DNA of 64,000 nt from Acidimicrobiia bacterium (GCA_041605955.1 JBFIXI010000010.1:12653-76652), one strand, 5' to 3'. Positions 20,305 to 30,128 are shown, counted from the first letter of the stretch. The notes: generated from the sequence alone by a model not told the origin. Made by a program: numbers and translations.

Positions 20305-21288
20305 TCAGTCCCGGCGATTGTGCCGACCGGCGTCGAATCGCCCCGGCATGGTCGCAACCGCGCCGCCGTGGTCGACTGCCCCGACCATATCCAGGGCCGC
20401 AGTGACGACGGCGCGATGGCGCGCTTTGTCCCCCACCGGACCCACTGGCCTCCCAAACGGATGTCGAGTGACCAGCGTGCGGGGCAGTGCCATCACCTCG
20501 GCGACGTGACGAAAGGCGGCTACGTAGATACCGACTGTGCTGATGCCGGCTTGCTCGGCTGCCCTCGCGACGTGCCCGACCGACACGTGACAAACGGGTC
20601 ACACCGGCACCAGCAGCAGAGCGTCGAGCCGGTCCCCCGCCAGGGCCTCGACCCATTCCGGCAACACCTGGAGTAGCCGACCCTGCGCCGCCGCTCCCGG
20701 GAACGAATAGAGATTCTCGGCAACCTCGCCGATCCTGCCCTGTGCCGCCAGCTCGAGCAGCGCATCACGGGGAAACACCACGTTGTGGTCCTTCACCGCA
20801 CTGCGGATGTCGTATCCACCGTGACGCACCCGCAGCTCGTCCGCCGAAGTGTCACGCGGAATCGTCGACAACACAGGAGCTTCCCGCAGGAAGTCGAAGA
20901 TGCGCTCCACGGCCTCGACTTGCGTCATGTCGGCAACCCCGAATGGGGCTGGATCATCCCCAGCCACGAAATGGCCGGAGGACGTCACCATGCCGACCCG
21001 GCAATCCGCCAGCGGCCGACGCAGCGGGGTGAACGGAGCTTGCTCGTACCGATAGCTGCGCTCCGCACCCGCGTACGCAGTGATCTGCCACTCGACGATC
21101 AGATCGTGGAGCCGGGTCAGGTCGCCGGTGTCGAGGCTGGTGCCAATCTCCGACAGCATCTGGCGCAACGCTTCTGCGGCCGCATCTGGTGTCAGTCGCT
21201 TGAGGAACTTGAACGTGAGGTCGGTACGTTCACCGTAGGCAAAGGAGTCCTTGAACTCGTCGAAGGTTTCGGAATCGGCCCGATCCAT
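20305..21288 (-). CDS. GrdB-family (glycine/sarcosine/betaine reductase component B-like) protein with in-frame TGA; candidate selenoprotein, or a nonsense pseudogene
   Basis: ORFs 20599..21399 and 20305..20586 are in the same frame, separated only by TGA at 20599-20601. Read-through gives ...ALLLVPV-U-PVCHVSVGHVARAAEQAGISTVGI..., i.e. a UxxC redox motif. The upstream half carries GrdB-like CRVGMVTSSGHF. The ATG at 21288 overlaps the stop of the upstream CoA-binding gene (TGATG). Confidence 0.5.
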
Positions 21289-21728
21289 CAGCCGTGATGC
21301 CGGGCTCGCACCATGATGCAAGCGTCGATCAGCGCCTCGAACTCGTTGGCGTCGACGTAGCTCCTCACCTCGGGAGACGCGGATCCGGGCTGGAGCCAAA
21401 CGAGCTTGTGACCGAGGGCCTGGGCCTCGGCGAGCACCTGCAGGGTGACCGAAGGGGGGACAACGAAGTTGATGATGGTGGGAGCTTCTGGCAGAGAGGC
21501 CAGGTTGGGATAGGCCGGATCCCCGTCGACGGTCTCCCGGTTCGGGTTGACCGCGAACACCTGGTATCCCTTGCGCTTCAAGTCTCGATAGACGATGGAG
21601 CCATATTTGCTCGGATCATCGTTGGCGCCGACCACGGCAACCGTGGCGCCGGGTTCGAGCAGTGCGGCTGAGACCGGATCCATCTTCCTCACTCTGCGAT
21701 ATTGCGGCACCGCAACGCTAGCGGCCAC
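21288..21728 (-). CDS. CoA-binding domain protein (YccU-like)
   Basis: Rossmann-like VAVVGANDDPSKYGSIVYRDLKRKGYQVFAVNP; alternative start at MDPVSAALLEP. Confidence 0.7.
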   Translation of the reverse strand: MAASVAVPQYRRVRKMDPVSAALLEPGATVAVVGANDDPSKYGSIVYRDLKRKGYQVFAVNPNRETVDGDPAYPNLASLPEAPTIINFVVPPSVTLQVLAEAQALGHKLVWLQPGSASPEVRSYVDANEFEALIDACIMVRARHHG

Positions 21729-23598
21729 GCCAGCTGATCACGGTCAGCAGCGTGCGCAGCAGGATCGCGAGATCGGTTCGCACCGAGCGCTCAGCAACGT
21801 AGCGCGCGTCGAGATGGGAACGCTGCGCCATACTGATCTCATCCCTCCCCGACACTTGCGCCAGCCCCGTCACTCCCGGCTTCACCGTGAATCGAATATG
21901 GTCGCGGCCGACGAGGTCGGCTTCTGCAGGAACCAACGGGCGTGGCCCCACGAGGCTCATGGATCCGCGGAGCACATTCCACAGGTTGGGTAGCTCGTCG
22001 AGCGATGAGGCTCGCAGCAGGCGACCTACCCGCGTGATGCGCGGATCTTGCCGTATGCGAAGATCTCCCTCGTCGCGGCCGGCTGCGGCCAGCCCTTCGA
22101 GATGCGCCACGAACACCGCCTCGCCCTCGTCGGCGCGCATTGTGCGCAGCTTGACCATGGCGAACGGCTTGCCGTGGTGACCCACTCGCTCTTGTCGGAA
22201 GAACGCGGGGCCCCGCGAGTCCAGCTTGATCAGAATCACGGCGACCAGCAGGAACGGGGCAGACAGCACGAGGAGCACAATGGCCAACCCGATGTCCAGA
22301 GAACGTTTGGCAAACTCGAAGCGGCGCGCCGAGCCGCTCAGCCAAACCACAGCCGCAACCAATGCGCCCAGAGCGGCCGCCTCGCCGGTGAGGAACGCCA
22401 TGCTGACCCGGAAGAGCGCATCGCCACCAGTGAGCGCAATGGTGATGACGGCAACGCTGACGCCCGCCAACCACGCGGCCGCCAGGCGGATCGGCTCGCC
22501 CCGCGCCACCAAGACCTGGCCTACGAAGAGTCCGGCTCCTGCAAACACGACGCCCGCTGCGGTCAGTGCGGCCACCTGGGGCGGCGGGCGGAAGTCCGCG
22601 CCGAAGGCCGCAGCGACCAACGGGGCACCGGCCAGCCAGCCTGCGGCCGCGCCGACCGTTGCCAGCAACGCAGCAGCAATGCCGATCCCGCGACCCCAGG
22701 CACGTAGCTCCTGCCGCTCGCCCCGAGCCGCCATCTCGGTGAACGGAGGCAGGATTCTGGCCAGCAGGTTGTAGCCGAACGTGAGCGGCGCTCTCGACAG
22801 GGTGAACGTCGCAAACGCAACGCTGACGGCGACTTCTCCCCCGCCGAGACCCGCCACCATCAGCGGTCCGGCCAGCAGAAGGGCCTGCGACGCGGCCGAC
22901 GACAACACGAGCCCGGATAGCAGGCCGCGCTCGCCGAGAGCCGCCGCCTCGGCAGGACTGACCGGGCGCCGATTGGCCGGGGGTGAGCGCAATGGCCGCC
23001 AGAGGAGAATCACCAATGGACCCACCACCAGTCCCAGCGCGAACCCTGAAGCGGTGGGACGGATCATCAGCACGGCGGCCGCCACCGCCAGCCGCACCAG
23101 CGAGGCAGCACCGCTCGACGTGCCGTAGGCGCGGAAACGGCGCCATCCCGCCAAATGACCGCGACCGATCGCGAAAATGGCATGCGTTGCGATCGTGGCC
23201 GCCACGAACGCGACGAAGCGCATGTCGCCTCTCAGCAGTGAATCAACCCCCGCCCATGCATAGGTAACCGCGGCCAACCCGGCTGCGCCAGCCAACGCCC
23301 ACACCCGGGATGGCACTCCGGCTGCCGAGCGATCGAGGGTGAGGCGTCGCACCACCAGTTGCTCGATGGGCAGCAGCACCACGATGAACACGAGGAAGTG
23401 GATGGTCAGCAGCACCGACACGGGGGCGAACGCATCAGCGCCCAACGCCCGGCCGCCGACGAACTGATAGATATAAGCGGCTATCCCCGCCACCAAGCTC
23501 CCGGCCAGGATGTAACCCGTACCGTCTTCGGTCAGGTGCGCGTAGCGGGTACGCGTCGAGCTCGGATCGAAAGCGCCGGCAGGCGGCGGCTGGCTCAT
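21718..23598 (-). CDS. polysaccharide biosynthesis protein: polytopic membrane domain fused to a C-terminal polyprenyl-phosphate sugar phosphotransferase (Bac_transf)
   Basis: C-terminal about 190 aa has the WbaP/WecA-type transferase signature (LDELPNLWNVLRGSMSLVGPRP, KPGVTGLAQV); N-terminal about 430 aa has about 12 TM helices. Confidence 0.7.
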   Translation of the reverse strand: MSQPPPAGAFDPSSTRTRYAHLTEDGTGYILAGSLVAGIAAYIYQFVGGRALGADAFAPVSVLLTIHFLVFIVVLLPIEQLVVRRLTLDRSAAGVPSRVWALAGAAGLAAVTYAWAGVDSLLRGDMRFVAFVAATIATHAIFAIGRGHLAGWRRFRAYGTSSGAASLVRLAVAAAVLMIRPTASGFALGLVVGPLVILLWRPLRSPPANRRPVSPAEAAALGERGLLSGLVLSSAASQALLLAGPLMVAGLGGGEVAVSVAFATFTLSRAPLTFGYNLLARILPPFTEMAARGERQELRAWGRGIGIAAALLATVGAAAGWLAGAPLVAAAFGADFRPPPQVAALTAAGVVFAGAGLFVGQVLVARGEPIRLAAAWLAGVSVAVITIALTGGDALFRVSMAFLTGEAAALGALVAAVVWLSGSARRFEFAKRSLDIGLAIVLLVLSAPFLLVAVILIKLDSRGPAFFRQERVGHHGKPFAMVKLRTMRADEGEAVFVAHLEGLAAAGRDEGDLRIRQDPRITRVGRLLRASSLDELPNLWNVLRGSMSLVGPRPLVPAEADLVGRDHIRFTVKPGVTGLAQVSGRDEISMAQRSHLDARYVAERSVRTDLAILLRTLLTVISWRGR

Positions 23599-23607
23599 CG
23601 GGCCAGG

Positions 23608-24144
23608 CTACTGGTGGTCGGGCACTCGCGAGCTGTATCTCTGGTAGTAAGTCTCGGGGGGATTCTCGACAAGAGTATCCCGCAGATCGATCGTGACCGT
23701 CGTCAGATCGAGCTCGTCCTCTTGGTCGAGTGGATCGGTCCAATCCTCGTCGGGCTCGGCGGCCTCGGGCTGGGTGGGCTCGTCCAGCTCGGGCCGCACC
23801 GACGCCCGCGCCGTGTACTTGGAGGCCACCGGGGCTTGGTAGCCGGGAGGATCAGCATCCGGGCCGGTGGGTGGTTCGGACGCGGGTTCGGGTCGCGTCG
23901 GGAGGTCCGTCGTGTAGTAGCGGCCCTTCCGGGTGGCCGCAGTTCCGGAGCTCGAAGCACCCGGGTTGATCTCCTTGTTGGGTCGCATCGCTACCCCACT
24001 AACGCGGTGCCCGAACATCGTAGCCCCAACGTCACCGACACGTAATGGCCTAGAAGGTGTCAAAACGCGACGGCCCGGGCTGACTAGTCCCCCCGGAGCC
24101 CGCCGAAATGGCACCCCAGCATCTGGGATTCCGGGCCGATACAT
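23608..24144 (-). CDS. hypothetical Pro-rich protein
   Basis: ORF only; acidic C-terminus; weak support. Confidence 0.25.
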   Translation of the reverse strand: MYRPGIPDAGVPFRRAPGGLVSPGRRVLTPSRPLRVGDVGATMFGHRVSGVAMRPNKEINPGASSSGTAATRKGRYYTTDLPTRPEPASEPPTGPDADPPGYQAPVASKYTARASVRPELDEPTQPEAAEPDEDWTDPLDQEDELDLTTVTIDLRDTLVENPPETYYQRYSSRVPDHQ

Positions 24145-24149
24145 ATCAC

Positions 24150-25646
24150 ATGGGACCGAAGGGTGGAATCACCACGCACAGCCTGCGGCGTGGCTTGGTC
24201 GCCGTCTCCGTCGCCGGAGGCGTCGGCATGATGTTGGTCGCCTTTGCCCTGGCCTTCTCCAATGCCGCCTCGGCACGCGAGATTGCATCGAGTTCCCAGG
24301 AGCTGCAGTGGGCGAACGCTACCGCAGGTGCCAGCGCGGTAAGCCGGGCGGCGGTCAACCAGGCGCTCGTGTTCACCGTAGATCATGAGCTCGGGGTCGC
24401 CTCCGCCGACGCCGCCCAACTGGCCCGCGCCGAGGCGACGAGCAGCCTCGCTGTGCTCGAACAGTACGCGGGCGCCGCGCCTGACGACGCACGCGCTGAC
24501 GTACGGTCGATCCGAGAGGTCATTGCATTGGCGCGCACTGCACTGACCCAGATGGAGCGCGGTGACATTCGCGACGCCGATACCACCCTCACCCGAGAGT
24601 TCGAGCCGGCGTACGCCGCCGCGGCCGCGACTCTCAACAAGCAACAGCTGGCGCAGGCGGCCCGTATCGATCAGGCCGCCTCCAGCGCCGGGCGCACTGA
24701 GAACATAACCCGCCTCATCGTGACTCTGCTGATCCCCGGCGCGGCCATCATCATCCACCAGCTCATCATTCGTCGCCAGTACCGCGAGCGTGAAGTGCAC
24801 ATGAAGGCTCAGGTCGAGGCTGAGCGAGAGCTCAACCGCACGAAGGACGAGTTCATCGCCGGCATCTCTCATGAGCTGCGCACCCCGCTCACGAGCATCT
24901 ACGGCTTCAGTGAGTACTTGCTCGAAATCGGCCTGATCGATCCGACAGAGTCCCTCGAGCTGATCACCATGATCAACGACGATTCGGCCGAGCTGTCGCG
25001 TATGGTCGACGACCTGCTGGCCGCAGCCCGCATCGACGCCGAAGCAATCTCATATGAGATAGAGCCGCTCGAGGTGATGGGAGAGGTCGAGCACCTCGTC
25101 GACCAGGTCAGGCGCATGGGCTCGGCCATCGACGTTCTCGGAGCGCGCACGGTGGCGCTCGCCGATCGGTCGCGACTGCGCCAAGTGATGCGCAACCTGA
25201 TCTCCAATGCAGAGCGTCACGGTGGTGAGCACGTCGAAATCGACGTTTCGGTTCACGAAGGCAAAGCTGCGATTCGGGTCATCGATGACGGGGCCGGAGT
25301 TCCTGCCGAGATGAAGGAGCGACTGTTCAAGCGGTTCGTTCATGACCCCGACACCACGCTCACATCCGGCAGTGTCGGGCTGGGTCTGGCGATTGCCCGG
25401 CAGATCGCCCGAGACATGGGCGGCGACGTCACCTACGAGCGAACCCTTGGCCTGACGCTCTTCACGGTGCTGCTCCCCCTGGCCCCGGCCGATGCCGTTC
25501 CGCTGCCCCGAGTCGCGGTACCGGCAGCCCAGATCTACGCGCCGCCGTCCCAGAACAACGGCTCGGCCGACCATGAACCGATACTCATGATCGATTCCGA
25601 GGAACCCGACCCGGTGGCGACTGCTCCCGACAAGGTGACCTTCTGA
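24150..25646 (+). CDS. membrane sensor histidine kinase (2 TM, extracytoplasmic helical sensor domain)
   Basis: TM1 about residues 20-45 and TM2 (LIVTLLIPGAAIIIHQLII) flank a roughly 170-aa sensor domain; H-box SHELRTPLTSI; HATPase motifs. Start taken at MGPKGG; an upstream ATG at 24108 is also possible. Confidence 0.8.
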   Translation: MGPKGGITTHSLRRGLVAVSVAGGVGMMLVAFALAFSNAASAREIASSSQELQWANATAGASAVSRAAVNQALVFTVDHELGVASADAAQLARAEATSSLAVLEQYAGAAPDDARADVRSIREVIALARTALTQMERGDIRDADTTLTREFEPAYAAAAATLNKQQLAQAARIDQAASSAGRTENITRLIVTLLIPGAAIIIHQLIIRRQYREREVHMKAQVEAERELNRTKDEFIAGISHELRTPLTSIYGFSEYLLEIGLIDPTESLELITMINDDSAELSRMVDDLLAAARIDAEAISYEIEPLEVMGEVEHLVDQVRRMGSAIDVLGARTVALADRSRLRQVMRNLISNAERHGGEHVEIDVSVHEGKAAIRVIDDGAGVPAEMKERLFKRFVHDPDTTLTSGSVGLGLAIARQIARDMGGDVTYERTLGLTLFTVLLPLAPADAVPLPRVAVPAAQIYAPPSQNNGSADHEPILMIDSEEPDPVATAPDKVTF

Positions 25647-26785
25647 TGGGGCGACGCGCCGGACTGTCGGCTCTGCTCGTCGCATGGGTGGCGATCGCGC
25701 TGCTGGCTCCGACGGCCAGCGCCGCCGCCGCCGGATCCGGTTACCAGTACCGAGACCGTTTTGACTCCGGCAACTACTCGGGAAACCTCGGATCCCAGCT
25801 CTTCACCGGCGACTGGAGAGAGCACGATGATGGTGGTGGGCACGTCGGCGGGTCGATCTTCATCGAAGGAACCGACGATTGCCCGACCGAGCCCTGCGTC
25901 CTGTTCGAGATCCAAGAGCGCTTCATGACCGGCAAGGGTCTTTCCAGGGGCGCAGATATCGGCGGAGCCGCTACCGCCAGCTTCCGCTTCAGCTACACAC
26001 TCGACCTGGACGAGCCCACCCAGGGGATTCTCCAAGTGGCCGTGTACAACGGAGTGACCTGGGCACCGATCGATGCGATCCCGTTATTGGACAACGCAGC
26101 CGGGGGTCCGTACACCCGCACTTACAACGTCGTGCCACACGCTCACGCTGACTTCGCCGTCGGATTCTTCGCTCACGGTTACTGGGACGCGGCGCTGTTC
26201 GTCGACGACGTCAAGATCTGGGGCGAATGGGACGAGGGGCCGCCGCCGAGCACGACCACGACCACTCTCGTGCCGCCGGTGACGACGCTGCCGCCTCCAA
26301 CGACCAGCACGCTCCCGCCCCCACCCACGACGACAACCAAGCCGCCCCCACCAACAACCACCACGACCACCACGACGGCGCCGCCCGTCACTACCACCAC
26401 TACTACAGCGCCCAGCACCACCACCACGGCTGCGCCCCCCGCTACCACCGCTCCGCCGACCACGACGACTACGACCGTGGCCCCAGGAACGACCACTCGG
26501 CCGCCGCCGCCGGAGGCACCGCTGGTGGAAGACGAGCGCTACACCGCCAAGGACGCCCTGGCCCTGACGCTCAACGACGGCGTTATGGCGTTGCCCACCA
26601 AGCGGGACGACATCCCCGAGCCCAGCCCGGTGACACAGATCATGGCTTCGATCACCACGACGGCGATCACGGTCCGCTCCCACTTCCTGTCGGCAATGGC
26701 CCTCGGTCTGCTCATCGCAGTCGCTGCGGTCTGGGGCCTGGGCCGACGCAGCGAGCGCCCCTGGTCGGCTCCCGGCATCGACTGA
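25646..26785 (+). CDS. secreted protein with a PT-rich linker and a C-terminal membrane anchor
   Basis: Signal peptide (LLVAWVAIALLAPTASAAAAG); a roughly 190-aa globular domain; about 90 aa of Pro/Thr low-complexity sequence; C-terminal TM helix (AMALGLLIAVAAVWGL) plus basic stop-transfer residues; its ATG overlaps the kinase stop (TGATG). Confidence 0.6.
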   Translation: MGRRAGLSALLVAWVAIALLAPTASAAAAGSGYQYRDRFDSGNYSGNLGSQLFTGDWREHDDGGGHVGGSIFIEGTDDCPTEPCVLFEIQERFMTGKGLSRGADIGGAATASFRFSYTLDLDEPTQGILQVAVYNGVTWAPIDAIPLLDNAAGGPYTRTYNVVPHAHADFAVGFFAHGYWDAALFVDDVKIWGEWDEGPPPSTTTTTLVPPVTTLPPPTTSTLPPPPTTTTKPPPPTTTTTTTTAPPVTTTTTTAPSTTTTAAPPATTAPPTTTTTTVAPGTTTRPPPPEAPLVEDERYTAKDALALTLNDGVMALPTKRDDIPEPSPVTQIMASITTTAITVRSHFLSAMALGLLIAVAAVWGLGRRSERPWSAPGID

Positions 26786-26801
26786 GCGGCGCCGAACGCC
26801 C

Positions 26802-27779
26802 TCAGCCGAGGCCCAGCACGATCTTTCCCAACGCTCGGCGCGAGCTGATGGCGCCGAAGGCGCTCTCGAAATCTTCCAGGGGGTAGACGTCCATTATCTG
26901 CGGGGCGATGACGCCCCGACTCACCATCGCCAGCAACTCGCGGAAGTTCTGCAGATTGGCCGCAGGATCGCGCTCGGCCCAGCTTCCCCAGAACACGCCG
27001 ACGATGCTCAATCCCTTCAACAGTGCAAGGTTCAGCGGAATCGAAGGGATCTCCCCGGCGGCGAAGCCGATCACGAGGTAGCGCCCCTCCCACGCCGTGG
27101 CCCGCAGCGCGGGCTCGGTATAGGGACCGCCGACCGGGTCGTACACGACGTCGGCCCCGGTACCGTCGGTCGCCACTCGGATGGCGGATTTGAGATCCTC
27201 TTGCGCGTAGTTGATCGTTGCCTCGGCACCCAACAACTCGGCAAAGTCCAGCTTCTCCGCCGATCCGGCAGCAGCGATCACCGACGCCCCCATCGCCTTG
27301 CCGAGCTGAACCGCCGCGGCGCCCACGCCGCCGGCGGCCCCCAGCACCAGCAACTTCTCCCCAGACTCGAGGCGGGCACGCTGTTTGAGGGCGTAGTAAG
27401 AGGTGGCATAGGTGAGGCTGAAGGCGGCCGCTTCCTCGAAACTGTGCTCGGGCGCCTTGGGGAGCACAGCGGAGGCCGGCATTACAGCCTTGTCGGCAAA
27501 TGCGCCGGTGACCGTGATGAAGGCAACCTCGTCACCGACGCGCACGTTATCGACGCCGGGGCCGACCGCCGCCACCACGCCTGCGCCTTCGGCCCCGGGC
27601 ACGAAGGGCAACTCGGGTTGGACCTGATAGCGTCCCTGCATGACCAACAGATCCGGGAAGTTGAGGGCCGCCGCACGCACCTCGACGACGACCTGACCTG
27701 AGGCGGGCACCGGGTCCGGCAGCTCGACAACACGATGTATTTCGGGAGGGCCCAGCGCCTCAACGAGCAGCGCACGCAT
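26802..27779 (-). CDS. NADPH:quinone oxidoreductase / zinc-type alcohol dehydrogenase family (Qor)
   Basis: MDR-family N-terminus and GAAGGVG nucleotide-binding motif. Confidence 0.8.
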   Translation of the reverse strand: MRALLVEALGPPEIHRVVELPDPVPASGQVVVEVRAAALNFPDLLVMQGRYQVQPELPFVPGAEGAGVVAAVGPGVDNVRVGDEVAFITVTGAFADKAVMPASAVLPKAPEHSFEEAAAFSLTYATSYYALKQRARLESGEKLLVLGAAGGVGAAAVQLGKAMGASVIAAAGSAEKLDFAELLGAEATINYAQEDLKSAIRVATDGTGADVVYDPVGGPYTEPALRATAWEGRYLVIGFAAGEIPSIPLNLALLKGLSIVGVFWGSWAERDPAANLQNFRELLAMVSRGVIAPQIMDVYPLEDFESAFGAISSRRALGKIVLGLG

Positions 27780-27794
27780 AACGCATCCAGGCTA

Positions 27795-28976
27795 CTAGGC
27801 GACCTCGAAGAGCCCGGCTGCGCCCATACCGCCGCCGACGCACATAGTGACGACGACATAGCGCACCCCACGGCGCTTGCCCTCGATGAGAGCGTGCCCG
27901 ACCATGCGGGCTCCGGACATGCCGTAGGGATGCCCGATAGCGATCGCGCCACCATCGACGTTGTAGATCTCATTGTCGATCCCGAGCTTGTCGCGGCAAT
28001 AGAGCGCCTGGACGGCAAACGCCTCATTGAGCTCCCACAACCCAATATCGCCGAGCTGTAGCCCCGTCCTATCGAGCAGCTTGGGCACCGCATACACCGG
28101 GCCGATGCCCATCTCGTCGGGAGCCACCCCGGCAACCGCCATCGCCCGGTAGTAGCCCAGGGGCTCGAGGCCACGCCGCTCCGCTTCGGCGGCCTCCATC
28201 AGCACGGTTGCGGCCGCGCCATCGGACAGCTGGCTGGCATTGCCGGCCGTGATCGTCCCCCCTTGAAACACCGGCTCGAGCCCGGCAAGCGCCTCCAGCG
28301 TCGTGCCCGGGCGGTTGCCCTCGTCGTGGCTGAGGGTCACCTCTTCGAAGCTGACGTCGCCGCTCTCCTTGTCGGTGATCTGCTTGGTAGCCGTCACCGG
28401 CACGATCTCGGCGTCGAAGCGACCTGCCTGCTGGGCGGCGGCAGTGCGCTGCTGGCTCTGCAGGGCGTATTCGTCCTGCTGTTGGCGGGTAACGCTGTAC
28501 CGCTCGGCTACCACCTCGGCAGTCTCGAGCATCGACATGTAGGCGTCAGGATGGGAAGCCAACAGCTCCGGATCCTTCCCCCGATACGCGTTGTAGTGGT
28601 CGTTCTGCACGAGGCTGATCGATTCGACTCCGCCCGCCACGACCATCGGAGCCTTGTCGACAATGATCTGTTTGGCGGCGGTGGCGATGGCCATCAATCC
28701 GGAAGAGCACTGGCGGTCCATGGTCATCCCCGACACATCGACGGGGAGGCCGCCGGCCAACGCGGCGAGGCGACCCACGTTGTAGCCGGTGGTGCCTTGC
28801 GGCATGGCGCATCCCATGATCACATCGTCGACCTCAGCGGCTTCGATCCCGGCCCTGTCGACAGCGGCTCGGATGGCGACCGCGGCCATCGTCGGGCCCT
28901 CGAGGTTGTTCAGCGCCCCCCGGTAGGCCTTCCCGATCGGAGTACGGGCCGCGGACACAACAACTGCTTCTCGCAT
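27795..28976 (-). CDS. acetyl-CoA C-acetyltransferase (thiolase)
   Basis: [12 protein letters not shown]-terminus; active-site Cys region (MDRQCSSGL); C-terminal GGGMG. Confidence 0.9.
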   Translation of the reverse strand: MREAVVVSAARTPIGKAYRGALNNLEGPTMAAVAIRAAVDRAGIEAAEVDDVIMGCAMPQGTTGYNVGRLAALAGGLPVDVSGMTMDRQCSSGLMAIATAAKQIIVDKAPMVVAGGVESISLVQNDHYNAYRGKDPELLASHPDAYMSMLETAEVVAERYSVTRQQQDEYALQSQQRTAAAQQAGRFDAEIVPVTATKQITDKESGDVSFEEVTLSHDEGNRPGTTLEALAGLEPVFQGGTITAGNASQLSDGAAATVLMEAAEAERRGLEPLGYYRAMAVAGVAPDEMGIGPVYAVPKLLDRTGLQLGDIGLWELNEAFAVQALYCRDKLGIDNEIYNVDGGAIAIGHPYGMSGARMVGHALIEGKRRGVRYVVVTMCVGGGMGAAGLFEVA

Positions 28977-28986
28977 CAGCTTCTCC

Positions 28987-29445
28987 TTAGCTCGGCGGGG
29001 CGGTGAACAAGAGGTTGAGCCAGCGGGCGACCAGCGCCGGCTTGTCCTGGCCGCGAATCTCGACGGTCACGTCATACGTGACCAGGAATTGCCCAGGATC
29101 GCGCTCGGTGACGTCGGCCACGACCAGATGGGCTCGGATCTCGGCGCCCACCGGCACCGGGGCCAGGAAGCGGATCTTGTCGAAGCCGTAGTTGAAGCCC
29201 ATGACCAGGTTGTCCGGCTGCACACTCAGCTGTGACGCCAGATGCACGAGTAGGGAGAGGGTGAGGAATCCGTGTGCGATCGGCCCGCCCAGGGGTGTGG
29301 CCGTCGCCGCCTCCGGATCGACGTGGATGAACTGGTGATCCAGCGTGACGTCGGCGAACTCGTTGACCCTGGCCTGATCGATGAGGAACCAGTCGCTGTA
29401 GCCCCGGTCGGCACCCACCATCTCGAGCAAGCCGGTTTCGCTCAT
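28987..29445 (-). CDS. MaoC-like (R)-specific enoyl-CoA hydratase/dehydratase
   Basis: Hot-dog fold motifs ([39 protein letters not shown]). Confidence 0.8.
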   Translation of the reverse strand: MSETGLLEMVGADRGYSDWFLIDQARVNEFADVTLDHQFIHVDPEAATATPLGGPIAHGFLTLSLLVHLASQLSVQPDNLVMGFNYGFDKIRFLAPVPVGAEIRAHLVVADVTERDPGQFLVTYDVTVEIRGQDKPALVARWLNLLFTAPPS

Positions 29446-30128
29446 TGGCCTCCTCCCAACTCATCCGCAGCGTCCATCCGGCGGACTCCATTGGCCGCGC
29501 CGATATAGGCCATGTCTGCGATTCCGATGAACAAACCGGTTGCCAACACGCCGGGTATGTGGTGTAGCGCCCCGTCCAGTGCTCCTGGCTCCAAGACGGG
29601 ATCTACGTGGAGGTCGATCAGCCAGTTGCCGTTATCGGTCACGAATGGAACCCCCGCGTTGGTACGGAGCTGAGGCTTACCCAGGTCGCTCAGCGCATTC
29701 GACGTGATGTTGAGACCAAACCGCGCTACCTCGAGGGGAATGTCACACTTCGAACCGAGCGCGGCCACCAGCTTCGAGTCGTCCGCAATGACGACGAAGC
29801 GGCTGGCCGCCGCCGCGATCATCTTCTCGCGCAGCAGCGCCCCGCCACCGCCCTTGGTCAGTGCCAGGCGGGGGGCGATCTCGTCGGCCCCGTCGATGGC
29901 GAGGTCAACTGTGGCGCCGTCTGGTTCGATCAACGGGATCTCCAGCGAGGCGGCCAGCCGATGTGTCGCGATCGAGGTGGGAATACCCACGATGTCCTCG
30001 AGGGCGCCGGCGGCCAGAAGGCGGCCGATCTCAGCTACGGCGTGGGCCGCAGTGGTCCCGGTGCCCAGGCCGACCACCATGCCAGACTGCACCTCGTTGA
30101 CAGCGGCCTGCGCCGCCGCCAGTTTCAT
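29442..30128 (-). CDS. rpiA: ribose-5-phosphate isomerase A
   Basis: GLGTGTTAAH and DGADE active-site motifs; start trimmed to MKLAAAQ. Confidence 0.8.
   Translation of the reverse strand: MKLAAAQAAVNEVQSGMVVGLGTGTTAAHAVAEIGRLLAAGALEDIVGIPTSIATHRLAASLEIPLIEPDGATVDLAIDGADEIAPRLALTKGGGGALLREKMIAAAASRFVVIADDSKLVAALGSKCDIPLEVARFGLNITSNALSDLGKPQLRTNAGVPFVTDNGNWLIDLHVDPVLEPGALDGALHHIPGVLATGLFIGIADMAYIGAANGVRRMDAADELGGGQ

Noticed and set aside
20599-20601. Treating the TGA simply as the stop of a 266-aa protein followed by an independent 93-aa gene
   Set aside because: The downstream ORF is in-frame, has no spacer, no RBS and only a GTG 4 codons after the TGA. Read-through as Sec, or a recent nonsense mutation, explains the data better. 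Kept as a finding rather than two CDS calls.
26230-26500. Low-complexity ACC/ACG-rich DNA (possible repeat element or CRISPR-like)
   Set aside because: It is the Pro/Thr linker coding region of the secreted protein 25646..26785; the antisense ORF 26179..26496 (Gly/Val-rich) is an artefact
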